Source: Candidatus Tenderia sp.
Lineage (GTDB): Bacteria > Pseudomonadota > Gammaproteobacteria > Tenderiales > Tenderiaceae
Direction: 5' to 3'
Length of the DNA: 64,000 nt
Assembly: GCA_031416075.1 (NCBI GenBank)
Contig: JANOSY010000043.1
Coordinates: 1-64,000 of the forward strand
Below the pieces are notes generated by a model. That model was not told where the DNA came from. It did no database searches and worked only from the letters and a program-made list of their open reading frames with translations. Below, in pieces: positions 55,286 through 64,000 of the stretch. A program made the translations under genes and the position numbers. Positions within the stretch are counted from its first letter, which is position 1; every line of letters starts with the position of its first letter.

Positions 55286-57208
55286 TCAGTGAGACTCAGC
55301 CGGCCCACCCACCTCTTTTTCAGATGTTTTATCAACAGCATCATCACCAGACTTCAGCCCACTGCCAGCACCATCGTGTGGCTCGTGATCACTCCAATCC
55401 TGGGGAGGACGAGGTACACGCCCCTCCATGATGTCATCTATTTGTTTGCTATCAATAGTCTCATACTTGATCAGTGCCTCCGCCATGCGGTGCATTTTTT
55501 CCAGATTATCAACCAAGATCTTCTTGGCGCGTTGGTAGTTACGATCAATGATCACCCGGACTTCCTGATCAATGGTATGGGCAGTTACGTCGGAAACACT
55601 CTTAGACTGAGCTACGGAGTGGCCAAGAAAGACCTCGCCCTGCTCTTCACTATAAGTCAGCGGCCCCAATACATCGGAAAGGCCCCATTTGGTCACCATA
55701 TTACGCGCCAGCTCGGTCGTGCGCTGAATGTCGTTAGAGGCACCTGTGGTCACCTTATCCGCACCAAATATCAACTCCTCGGCAATTCGACCACCATAAA
55801 GAGTACTGATCTGGCTCTCAAGGCGCTCTTTGCTATAACTATAACGATCCTCCTCAGGCAGGAACATGGTTACACCAAGAGCACGGCCACGCGGGATAAT
55901 AGACACTTTATAAACAGGGTCATGCGATGGAACAAGACGCCCAACAATGGCGTGACCCGCTTCGTGATACGCAGTGAGTTTTTTCTCTTCATCATTCATC
56001 ACCATGGATTTACGCTCCGCGCCCATCATGATTTTGTCCTTCGCCTTCTCAAACTCCTCCATTCCCACCATGCGTTTATTCTGTCGCGCCGCAAACAAAG
56101 CAGCCTCATTAACAAGGTTGGCTAAATCCGCACCAGAAAACCCAGGAGTACCACGAGCAATAAGGTTAGGTTTAACATCATCACCTAATGGCACTTTACG
56201 CATGTGCACACGCAAAATCTGCTCACGACCACGCACATCAGGCAGCGGCACCACCACCTGCCGATCAAAACGGCCAGGGCGCAACAACGCCGGATCAAGT
56301 ACATCGGGACGATTGGTAGCCGCAATCACTATTACACCTTCACTGCCTTCAAAACCGTCCATCTCAACCAACAGCTGGTTAAGTGTCTGCTCACGCTCAT
56401 CGTGTCCACCACCAAGGCCAGCACCACGATGACGCCCCACAGCATCAATTTCATCAATAAATATGATGCAAGGGGCATGTTTTTTTGCCTGCTCAAACAT
56501 GTCACGGACACGGGACGCACCAACACCCACAAACATCTCTACAAAATCAGAACCTGAAATTGAGAAAAACGGCACCTTCGCCTCACCGGCAATCGCCTTC
56601 GCCAACAGGGTTTTACCTGTGCCAGGGGAGCCAACCATCAACACCCCCCGAGGAATTTTACCGCCTAATTTCTGGAATTTACTCGGGTCACGGAGGAACT
56701 CAACCAGCTCACTCACCTCATCTTTTGCCTCCTCAACACCGGCAACATCAGCAAAAGTGATCTTAACTTGATCTTCGCTCAGCAGCTTGGCACGGCTCTT
56801 ACCAAAAGACATGGCACCCCGACCACCGCCACCACCACCCTGCATCTGGCGCATGAAAAAGATCCAGACACCGATCAATAACAGCATCGGAAACCAGGAG
56901 ATAAAGATCTGCGTCAGAAAACCCTGCTGCTCTTGTGGCCGGGCATTGATCTCAACCCCGCTCGCCAATAGGTCACCCACTAAACCACGATCATCAGGAC
57001 TGTAGGTAATAAAACGTTCCCCGGAGGTAGTGACGCCCTGAATAGAGCGCCCCTCGATTATCACCTTTTCTACCCTGCCACTTTTCACATCGCTAATAAA
57101 TTGCGAATATGGCGTCGCCTGTGAGGTCGACTGTGATGGGCCGAAGTTGCTGAAAACCGACATCAGCACAATCGCTATCACCACCCATAAAATCAAATTT
57201 TTTGCCAT
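55286..57208 (-). CDS. ftsH: ATP-dependent zinc metalloprotease FtsH
   Basis: [25 protein letters not shown]; start at ATG 57208 or TTG 57217. Confidence 0.98.
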   Translation of the reverse strand: MAKNLILWVVIAIVLMSVFSNFGPSQSTSQATPYSQFISDVKSGRVEKVIIEGRSIQGVTTSGERFITYSPDDRGLVGDLLASGVEINARPQEQQGFLTQIFISWFPMLLLIGVWIFFMRQMQGGGGGGRGAMSFGKSRAKLLSEDQVKITFADVAGVEEAKDEVSELVEFLRDPSKFQKLGGKIPRGVLMVGSPGTGKTLLAKAIAGEAKVPFFSISGSDFVEMFVGVGASRVRDMFEQAKKHAPCIIFIDEIDAVGRHRGAGLGGGHDEREQTLNQLLVEMDGFEGSEGVIVIAATNRPDVLDPALLRPGRFDRQVVVPLPDVRGREQILRVHMRKVPLGDDVKPNLIARGTPGFSGADLANLVNEAALFAARQNKRMVGMEEFEKAKDKIMMGAERKSMVMNDEEKKLTAYHEAGHAIVGRLVPSHDPVYKVSIIPRGRALGVTMFLPEEDRYSYSKERLESQISTLYGGRIAEELIFGADKVTTGASNDIQRTTELARNMVTKWGLSDVLGPLTYSEEQGEVFLGHSVAQSKSVSDVTAHTIDQEVRVIIDRNYQRAKKILVDNLEKMHRMAEALIKYETIDSKQIDDIMEGRVPRPPQDWSDHEPHDGAGSGLKSGDDAVDKTSEKEVGGPAESH

Positions 57209-57308
57209 ATCGCTCAACGTTAATCCCTCTCCAGAGTCAGGAAGGCTTTGGTCGCCCACGTCAGATCAAATGTGTCCAACGCAGATCAATCCTCTATTCG
57301 AAAAAATA

Positions 57309-57929
57309 CTACACTTTAAGTTCGCGCGCTACCAGATAAACCTCACGACTACGTGGACGTGAAGCCTTGGGTTTACGTACCAACACCTTGCCAAAACTGG
57401 CACGAACATCGTTTACATATTCGTCAAAACCGCTGCCCTGAAACACTTTAGCCACAAATACACCTTTGGGACCCAGCACCTGTCTGGCAAAATCAAGGGC
57501 CAGTTCAACCAGATACATCGCCTTGGGCTGATCCATCGCCGCCATCCCGCTTATATTGGGGGCAATATCCGAGATTACAAGGTCAATTTTGCGACCGGCA
57601 ACCAACTCCAGCAACTGATCCATCACCACCTGCTCACGAAAATCGCCCTGGATAAAGTCAACATCGGCCAATACGTCCATAGGTAAAATATCCAGCGCAA
57701 AGACACGCCCCTTGTCACCGATCGTTTTCGCCGCAACCTGGGACCAGCTGCCTGGTGCCGCCCCCAAATCTACCACAAGCATTCCCGGCTTTAGCAACTT
57801 GTCACGCTCATTCAGCTCCAGAAGCTTATAGGCTGCCCGTGAGCGGTAACCATCCTGCCGTGCTTTGAGCACATACTGATCCGACTCATGCTCCTGCAAC
57901 CAGCGGTTGCTGCTTTTACTCTTGGTCAT
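57309..57929 (-). CDS. rlmE: 23S rRNA (uridine2552-2'-O)-methyltransferase RlmE
   Basis: [33 protein letters not shown]. Confidence 0.97.
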   Translation of the reverse strand: MTKSKSSNRWLQEHESDQYVLKARQDGYRSRAAYKLLELNERDKLLKPGMLVVDLGAAPGSWSQVAAKTIGDKGRVFALDILPMDVLADVDFIQGDFREQVVMDQLLELVAGRKIDLVISDIAPNISGMAAMDQPKAMYLVELALDFARQVLGPKGVFVAKVFQGSGFDEYVNDVRASFGKVLVRKPKASRPRSREVYLVARELKV

Positions 57930-58194
57930 GAAAAGAGTCCGCCTTTGCGCGCTGCGCCTGCTCTATACGCCGTGTTTTTGCCATCAACCAGATCATGGCA
58001 GACACACCGTACACCGCAAGAAACAACGTTTGTCCTAAGCCATTGTCAATCAGACGATCGTGTATTAGCCAGACGACCACGCCCACAACAACAATCAGCG
58101 CCAAATCAAACTTCACGCCATTAAACGGGCTGGCAGCAACGGTGAAACTACGCCGCTGGCGTGGTAGACTTGGCTCCCTTTTTGAATGGGCCAT
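57916..58194 (-). CDS. Small hypothetical membrane protein (2 TM)
   Basis: Two hydrophobic segments; fills the rlmE-yhbY gap and overlaps the rlmE start by 14 nt. Confidence 0.6.
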   Translation of the reverse strand: MAHSKREPSLPRQRRSFTVAASPFNGVKFDLALIVVVGVVVWLIHDRLIDNGLGQTLFLAVYGVSAMIWLMAKTRRIEQAQRAKADSFHDQE

Positions 58195-58213
58195 GATGGA
58201 GTTACCCTAGATA

Positions 58214-58504
58214 ATGTCTCTCAACGAAGATAAAAAACGCCAGTTACGTAAACTTGGTCATACACTCAAGCCGCTGGTGACCATTGGCAACAATGGCCTG
58301 ACAGATGCCGTCTATGCTGAATTTGACAGCACGATTGCCCACCATGAGCTAATCAAGGTCAAAGTTCATGCCGACGAACGTGAAAACCGTGACGCCATGA
58401 TTGCGGAGCTGTGCCAGCTCACTGATTCTGAACTGATACAACGTGTCGGGCATATCGCCCTAATCTTTCGCCGCAACCCACAGAAGCCCAAAATTCATAT
58501 CTGA
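58214..58504 (+). CDS. yhbY: Ribosome assembly RNA-binding protein YhbY (CRM domain)
   Basis: LRKLGHTLKP.VTIG..GL, HELIKVK, QRVGH. Confidence 0.94.
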   Translation: MSLNEDKKRQLRKLGHTLKPLVTIGNNGLTDAVYAEFDSTIAHHELIKVKVHADERENRDAMIAELCQLTDSELIQRVGHIALIFRRNPQKPKIHI

Positions 58505-58509
58505 TTTCA

Positions 58510-58974
58510 TCAGGCCTGCCCACTGGTGCGGGCCTGCATCATCACCAGATATACACCTAAAAGTGAGGTTGCCAGGTACAGCAGCGATGAGATGCCGTGC
58601 AACCGGCCAAACTGTGCCGCGACTTCACTGCCCGGCTGATAACCAACGGCCTTAAGCGTCTGCATCATCGGCTGCAATACAAAAAAACCAATCGTTACCA
58701 GACACAACATTATCAGTAATACCTGCACCCGCCGCGTTTTTAACCAGCGGCTACCAGACGCGACTAACGCACTCAGTAACAGCGCACCACCACAAATAAA
58801 CCCGACAATGCTCATGGCTGAAAACATGCTGCCCGCTACTGCACCTGCCAGACGGCGGTCATCCAGCGTCTGAAAAAGGATCGGCACGGCCAGATAACCG
58901 ACCACCAGCAGCCCCCCTATCCAAACAGTCTGGAGCAGCTGCTCACCTTTAAATAGCCACTGCCTATTCATCAA
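58510..58974 (-). CDS. DUF4149 family membrane protein
   Basis: [23 protein letters not shown]; typical position downstream of greA. Confidence 0.8.
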   Translation of the reverse strand: MMNRQWLFKGEQLLQTVWIGGLLVVGYLAVPILFQTLDDRRLAGAVAGSMFSAMSIVGFICGGALLLSALVASGSRWLKTRRVQVLLIMLCLVTIGFFVLQPMMQTLKAVGYQPGSEVAAQFGRLHGISSLLYLATSLLGVYLVMMQARTSGQA

Positions 58975-59447
58975 ATGTAGTGTACAGCAAGGATTTCATA
59001 CTCTTTGTCGCCAACAGGGGCTTTAACAACCACCGTGTCACCCTCCTCCTTGCCTATCAATGCCCGTGCGATAGGGGAGCTGATGGAGATGCGGCTTTTG
59101 CTGATGTCGGCCTCAAGATCACCCACAATCTGATAGGTCACTTTTTGACCTGTTTCATCATCCACCAGGTCAACGGTCGTGCCAAAGACCACACGCCCGG
59201 TGGGTTCCATTTTGGTAACATCAATCACCTGGGCCTGGGATAACTGCCCCTCCAGGTCAGAGAGACGCCCCTCAATAAACCCCTGCTGCTCACGGGCAGC
59301 GTGATATTCCGCATTCTCTTTTAAATCACCGTGGGCGCGCGCTTCCGCGATGGCCAGAATTACCCGTGGGCGATCTACTGTTTTAAGGTGATGCAACTCT
59401 TCGCGCAGACGTTCTGCCCCTTGCGCAGTCATTGGAATGGTACTCAT
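58971..59447 (-). CDS. greA: Transcription elongation factor GreA
   Basis: [26 protein letters not shown]. Confidence 0.97.
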   Translation of the reverse strand: MSTIPMTAQGAERLREELHHLKTVDRPRVILAIAEARAHGDLKENAEYHAAREQQGFIEGRLSDLEGQLSQAQVIDVTKMEPTGRVVFGTTVDLVDDETGQKVTYQIVGDLEADISKSRISISSPIARALIGKEEGDTVVVKAPVGDKEYEILAVHYI

Positions 59448-62400
59448 GCAGAAATCTCCTTGTGTAAATCCTGCAAACGGTTAACACCATGGTCGACATT
59501 ATGTTTTAGGGCCATACACGTTGCTCTGGCACCCGACATGGTGGTGGTGTAGTTTACTTTATGCTGCAATGCCTGACGCCGAATCATATAGGAGTCAGTG
59601 CTCGCCTGGCGACCTTCGACGGTGTTAATGATCAGATCAATCTCATCATTTTTGATCATATCAACGATATGGGGTTGCCCCTCAGCAACCTTATTCACAC
59701 GTTTGCACGGCACGCCCGCCTCCTCCAGAATCTTGGCTGTCCCCCGGGTGGCGCACAGTTCAAAGCCTATTTCCACCAGATCTTTGCCTACACTCACCAG
59801 ATGGATCTTGTCAGCATCACGTACGCTGATGAAGGCACGACCACTGCGTGGCATATCCACACCCGCACCAATCTGGGATTTGGCAAAGGCCTCAGCGAAG
59901 GTTGGCGCAACGCCCATCACCTCACCGGTAGACTTCATCTCTGGCCCCAAAATAGGGTCTACACCCGGAAACTTGGCAAACGGGAAAACTGCCTCTTTAA
60001 CACAATAATAAGGTGGCACGATCTCTTTGGTCATGCCCTGCTGCGCCAGCGTCTGGCCCGCCATGCAACGCGCCGCAATCTTCGCCAGTGGTTTACCAAT
60101 CGCCTTGGAGACAAACGGCACGGTACGTGAGGCCCGTGGATTCACCTCGATCACGTAGATCTGATCATCCTGGATTGCAAACTGCACATTCATCAACCCC
60201 ACAACATTCAGACCACGGGCCATCTTCACTACCTGGTCGCGCAGCTCAGCCTGATGTTCTGCTGAGACGCTGTACGGTGGCAATGAACAGGCCGAGTCAC
60301 CCGAATGCACTCCCGCCTGCTCGATATGTTCCATCACCCCGCCAATCACCACATCAACACCGTCACTGATGGCATCCACATCCAGCTCAACGGCGTTATC
60401 AAGAAAGCGGTCCAGCAAAATAGGCGAGTCGTTTGAGATCTTGACCGCTGTTTTCATATAGCGCAGCAGGTTCTCTTCATTATAAACAACCTCCATCGCA
60501 CGCCCACCCAAGACGTAAGAGGGGCGTACCACCAGCGGGAAACCCATCTCCCGTGCACGTTCAACCGCCTCTTCAGGATTACGGACTGTGCAGTTAGGTG
60601 GCTGACGCAGCTCCAGTTTCTGTAACAGTTTCTGGAACCGCTCGCGGTCCTCGGCCAAGTCGATAGAGTCCGGGCTTGTACCGATGATCGGCGCGCCCGC
60701 AGCCTCCAGGGCACGGGCCAGCTTCAATGGTGTCTGGCCGCCGTACTGAACAATAATGCCTTTGGGTTTCTCTTTGTGCACAATCTCCAGCACATCTTCC
60801 AGCGTCAACGGCTCGAAATAGAGACGATCAGAGATATCGTAGTCAGTAGAGACCGTCTCTGGATTACAGTTAACCATAATGGTCTCATAACCATCTTCGC
60901 GCAGCGCCAACGCCGCATGAACACAGCAGTAGTCAAACTCAATCCCCTGGCCGATACGGTTAGGCCCACCACCCAACACCATGATTTTCTGCTTATTGGT
61001 AGGGGCAGCCTCACACTCATCTTCATAGGTGGAGTACATGTAGGCAGTGGCGGTTGAAAACTCGGCGGCACAGGAGTCGACCCGCTTGTAGACCGGGCGC
61101 ACCCCTAGTGCATGGCGTTTGTTGCGCACCTCACCCTCACTGATATTCAGTAGCCTGGCCAGACGGCGATCCGAGAACCCCTTGCGTTTGAGCTCAAACA
61201 TACGCCCTTTGATCAGCGCTGCCACACCCTTGGCACGAACCTCGTTTTCGCATTTAACAAGATCCTCCAGCTGCACCAGAAACCAGGGGTCGATACGGCT
61301 GAACTCATGCACATCCTCCACCGTCCACCCCTGGCGGAAGGCATCGGCCACGTACCAGAGGCGGTCCGGGCCGGGAATCCGCAGCTCGTGCCGCAGTTTG
61401 TTTTTGATCCCTTCGGAATCCATGCTGGTATCCAGCACCTCATCCAGACCATCAACCCCAGTCTCCAGACCACGCAGCGCCTTCTGCAGTGACTCCTGAA
61501 AGGTGCGACCCATGGCCATCACCTCACCCACCGACTTCATCTGGGTACCCAGCGTCGGCACCGCCTGTGGGAATTTTTCAAAGGTGAAACGGGGCACCTT
61601 GGTGACCACGTAGTCGATACTCGGCTCAAACGATGCCGGTGTGGCACCGCCGGTGATCTCGTTTTTCAGCTCGTTCAGTGTGTAACCCACAGCCAGTTTC
61701 GCCGCCACCTTGGCGATAGGGAAGCCGGTGGCTTTGGAAGCCAACGCCGATGAGCGCGAGACACGCGGATTCATCTCAATGACAATCATACGGCCATCTT
61801 CCGGGTTGATGGCAAACTGAACGTTGGAACCACCGGTATCAACACCGATCTCGCGCAGCACCGCAAGAGAGGCGTTACGCATGATCTGATACTCTTTATC
61901 CGTCATCGTCTGGGCGGGGGCCACGGTGATGGAGTCACCGGTATGCACGCCCATCGGATCGAGATTCTCAATTGAACAGACGATGATGCAGTTATCTTCG
62001 TGGTCACGCACCACCTCCATCTCGTACTCTTTCCAGCCGATGATGGACTCTTCAACCAGCAGCTCCTTGGTGGGCGAGAGATCAAGACCACGCTCACAGA
62101 TCTCCAGGAACTCCTCTTTGTTATAAGCGATGCCACCACCACTACCCCCCATAGTGAATGAAGGACGGATGATGGTGGGATAACCGACACGGGCCTGAAC
62201 CTGCAGCGCCTCCTCAATACTGTGGGCCACCGAAGAGTCCGGCATATCCAGGCCGATCTTGATCATCGCCTTACGGAACAGGTCACGATCCTCTGCCTTA
62301 TTAATGGCATCACGACGGGCACCAATCATCTCGACATTAAACTTCTCCAGCACGCCCTGTTTGGCCAGATCCAGGGCGCAGTTGAGCGCCGTCTGCCCGC

Positions 62401-62671
62401 CCATGGTGGGCAGCAGCGCATCGGGGCGCTCTTTCTCGATGATCTTGGCCACAGTCTGCCAGGTGACCGGCTCGATGTAAGTGGCGTCTGCCATGTCCGG
62501 ATCGGTCATGATGGTGGCAGGGTTGGAGTTAACCAGAATGACGCGGTACCCCTCTTCGCGCAGCGCCTTACACGCCTGGGCACCCGAGTAATCGAACTCA
62601 CAGGCCTGACCGATCACAATCGGACCAGCGCCAATAATCAGTATGCTTTTAATATCGTTACGTTTTGGCAT
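59444..62671 (-). CDS. carB: Carbamoyl-phosphate synthase large subunit
   Basis: [30 protein letters not shown]; two ATP-grasp halves; MGS domain. Confidence 0.98.
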   Translation of the reverse strand: MPKRNDIKSILIIGAGPIVIGQACEFDYSGAQACKALREEGYRVILVNSNPATIMTDPDMADATYIEPVTWQTVAKIIEKERPDALLPTMGGQTALNCALDLAKQGVLEKFNVEMIGARRDAINKAEDRDLFRKAMIKIGLDMPDSSVAHSIEEALQVQARVGYPTIIRPSFTMGGSGGGIAYNKEEFLEICERGLDLSPTKELLVEESIIGWKEYEMEVVRDHEDNCIIVCSIENLDPMGVHTGDSITVAPAQTMTDKEYQIMRNASLAVLREIGVDTGGSNVQFAINPEDGRMIVIEMNPRVSRSSALASKATGFPIAKVAAKLAVGYTLNELKNEITGGATPASFEPSIDYVVTKVPRFTFEKFPQAVPTLGTQMKSVGEVMAMGRTFQESLQKALRGLETGVDGLDEVLDTSMDSEGIKNKLRHELRIPGPDRLWYVADAFRQGWTVEDVHEFSRIDPWFLVQLEDLVKCENEVRAKGVAALIKGRMFELKRKGFSDRRLARLLNISEGEVRNKRHALGVRPVYKRVDSCAAEFSTATAYMYSTYEDECEAAPTNKQKIMVLGGGPNRIGQGIEFDYCCVHAALALREDGYETIMVNCNPETVSTDYDISDRLYFEPLTLEDVLEIVHKEKPKGIIVQYGGQTPLKLARALEAAGAPIIGTSPDSIDLAEDRERFQKLLQKLELRQPPNCTVRNPEEAVERAREMGFPLVVRPSYVLGGRAMEVVYNEENLLRYMKTAVKISNDSPILLDRFLDNAVELDVDAISDGVDVVIGGVMEHIEQAGVHSGDSACSLPPYSVSAEHQAELRDQVVKMARGLNVVGLMNVQFAIQDDQIYVIEVNPRASRTVPFVSKAIGKPLAKIAARCMAGQTLAQQGMTKEIVPPYYCVKEAVFPFAKFPGVDPILGPEMKSTGEVMGVAPTFAEAFAKSQIGAGVDMPRSGRAFISVRDADKIHLVSVGKDLVEIGFELCATRGTAKILEEAGVPCKRVNKVAEGQPHIVDMIKNDEIDLIINTVEGRQASTDSYMIRRQALQHKVNYTTTMSGARATCMALKHNVDHGVNRLQDLHKEISA

Positions 62672-62712
62672 CGCTTACTCAATCACTCGTCGTGTTGTTC
62701 TTGGGGGGCAGC

Positions 62713-63861
62713 CTACTTTGCAGCCGCTTTGATCAGCTTAATAAAATGGTCAAAGAGCGGCGCTGCATCGCAGGGGCCAGGGCTCGCCTCCGGATGCCCC
62801 TGAAAGCTAAAGGCGGGCAGATCTGTACGTTGAATACCTTGCAAAGAGCCATCAAAAAGTGAACGGTGGGTCGCCTCCAGATTGGCAGGCAGGGTGGAAT
62901 CATCTACCGCAAAACCGTGGTTCTGACTGGTGATCATCACCCGCTTGCTCGCAAGCTCCTCGACCGGATGGTTGCCACCGTGATGGCCAAACTTCATCTT
63001 CAAGGTCTTGGCACCACTCGCCAGCGCCAACAGCTGGTGGCCCAGGCAGATACCAAACGTCGGCATGCCACTGGCCACAATCTTTTGGATCGCCTCAATC
63101 GCATAATCACAGGGGGCGGGATCACCGGGCCCATTGGAGAGAAAAACACCATCGGGCTTCAGCGCCAGCACCGCCTCAGCAGAGGTCTGGGCAGGCACAA
63201 CAGTCAGGCGGCAGCCACGATCCACCAACATCCGCAGAATATTCCGTTTAACACCGTAATCGTACGCCACCACATGGTACGGCAACTCAGCGTCAGCTCG
63301 TAATACATGACCATGACCCAAACGCCAGCTCCCCTCATTCCAGATGTAGCGCTCTTTAACGGTCACCTCTTTTGCCAGATCCATACCCGCCAATCCGGCA
63401 AAACCCTTAGCAGCTGCCAGTGCCTCCGCCTCGTCCAGCGCCAATCCGGCAATAATGCAGCCATTTTGGGCACCTGTCTCACGCAGGATACGGGTCAACT
63501 TACGGGTATCAATATTGGCAATGCCCACCACATTGTGGCGTTTAAGATAGGTATCCAGGCTCTCCTGCATGCGCCAATTGCTGGCAACCAGCGGCAGATC
63601 ACGGATCACAAGACCACTGGCAACGATATGAGGCGACTCCTCATCCTCGCTATTAGTGCCCGTATTACCAATATGGGGGTAGGTCAATGTCACAATCTGT
63701 CTACAGTAGGAAGGATCGGTCAGAATCTCCTGATAGCCGGTCATGGAGGTATTAAAGACCACCTCCCCCACAGTACGCCCCACCGCGCCGATGGATTTCC
63801 CATAAAACAGCGCGCCATCTTCCAGAACCAAAAGGGCAGACTTTTCCAACTCATCCTCCAA
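62713..63861 (-). CDS. carA: Carbamoyl-phosphate synthase small subunit
   Basis: [33 protein letters not shown]; start uncertain. Confidence 0.97.
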   Translation of the reverse strand: MEDELEKSALLVLEDGALFYGKSIGAVGRTVGEVVFNTSMTGYQEILTDPSYCRQIVTLTYPHIGNTGTNSEDEESPHIVASGLVIRDLPLVASNWRMQESLDTYLKRHNVVGIANIDTRKLTRILRETGAQNGCIIAGLALDEAEALAAAKGFAGLAGMDLAKEVTVKERYIWNEGSWRLGHGHVLRADAELPYHVVAYDYGVKRNILRMLVDRGCRLTVVPAQTSAEAVLALKPDGVFLSNGPGDPAPCDYAIEAIQKIVASGMPTFGICLGHQLLALASGAKTLKMKFGHHGGNHPVEELASKRVMITSQNHGFAVDDSTLPANLEATHRSLFDGSLQGIQRTDLPAFSFQGHPEASPGPCDAAPLFDHFIKLIKAAAK

Positions 63862-63867
63862 GCTTTA

Positions 63868-63910
63868 GTTGCAACAAAGCGGGATGGCTCTTGCGACCCA
63901 CCCCGCTGTG
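63868..63910 (-). promoter_or_regulatory. carA leader hairpin (possible attenuator)
   Basis: Minus strand AGCGGGGTGGGTC-GCAA-GAGCCATCCCGCT-TTGTT between the promoter and carA. Confidence 0.55.
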
Positions 63911-63944
63911 CGTTCTAAAAATACGGTACTAAACGGTTGCGCGG

Positions 63945-63974
63945 ATTCTACTTTACCTAACCCTCCCCTGTCCA
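63945..63974 (-). promoter_or_regulatory. Putative sigma70 promoter of carA
   Basis: TGGACA-18 nt-TAGAAT followed by the GC-rich discriminator CCGCGC. Confidence 0.5.
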
Positions 63975-64000
63975 TGGGGATTTGCTGGCAATAATTGCCA

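Noticed and set aside
48736-56125. Long antisense ORFs such as 48736..49620 and 55214..56125
   Set aside because: They lie opposite highly conserved nuoD and ftsH and show no protein motifs
63953-63980. CCTAACCCTCCCC..GGGGA as a third REP-like copy
   Set aside because: Only a partial resemblance, and it coincides with the putative carA promoter spacer

Overview
This window is mostly core gammaproteobacterial chromosome. The gene order (tpiA-secG-tRNA-Leu-nuoA..N with separate NuoC and NuoD, scpAB, exbBD-lpxK) suggests a non-enteric lineage, but that placement is inference. Housekeeping blocks in order: sppA/HAD/rluC, rne, ptp-kdsB-lpxK-exbDB-comEC, lolD/lolCE, nth-like-rluB-scpBA, trpS-S2P-yciO-PHP, yciB-yciI-bolA-ppiC-dapE-PilZ-sixA-ppx, rpoS-nlpD-pcm-surE, nuoA-N, tRNA-Leu, secG-tpiA-glmM-folP-ftsH-rlmE, yhbY and greA-carAB. 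The standout accessory element is a solitary ~3.65 kb integron-type gene cassette (19759-23404) inserted between trpS and scpA. It has a GTTAGGC core site upstream, a 75-bp attC with a damaged R'' box downstream, and no integrase in the window. It appears to have integrated at a secondary GAT site between two inverted REP-like palindromes. It encodes a 1179-aa protein with an N-terminal PD-(D/E)xK-type nuclease motif and a long helical body, a candidate single-gene anti-phage system. Other oddities: an IS630 end interrupting a PEP-utilizer phospho-His domain gene, a DARS-like DnaA-box cluster, a CtpA-like PDZ lipoprotein with no protease domain, a tandem-repeat tail on RluB, and a triply disrupted yqaA pseudogene. 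All calls come from motif recognition by eye; no database searches were run.
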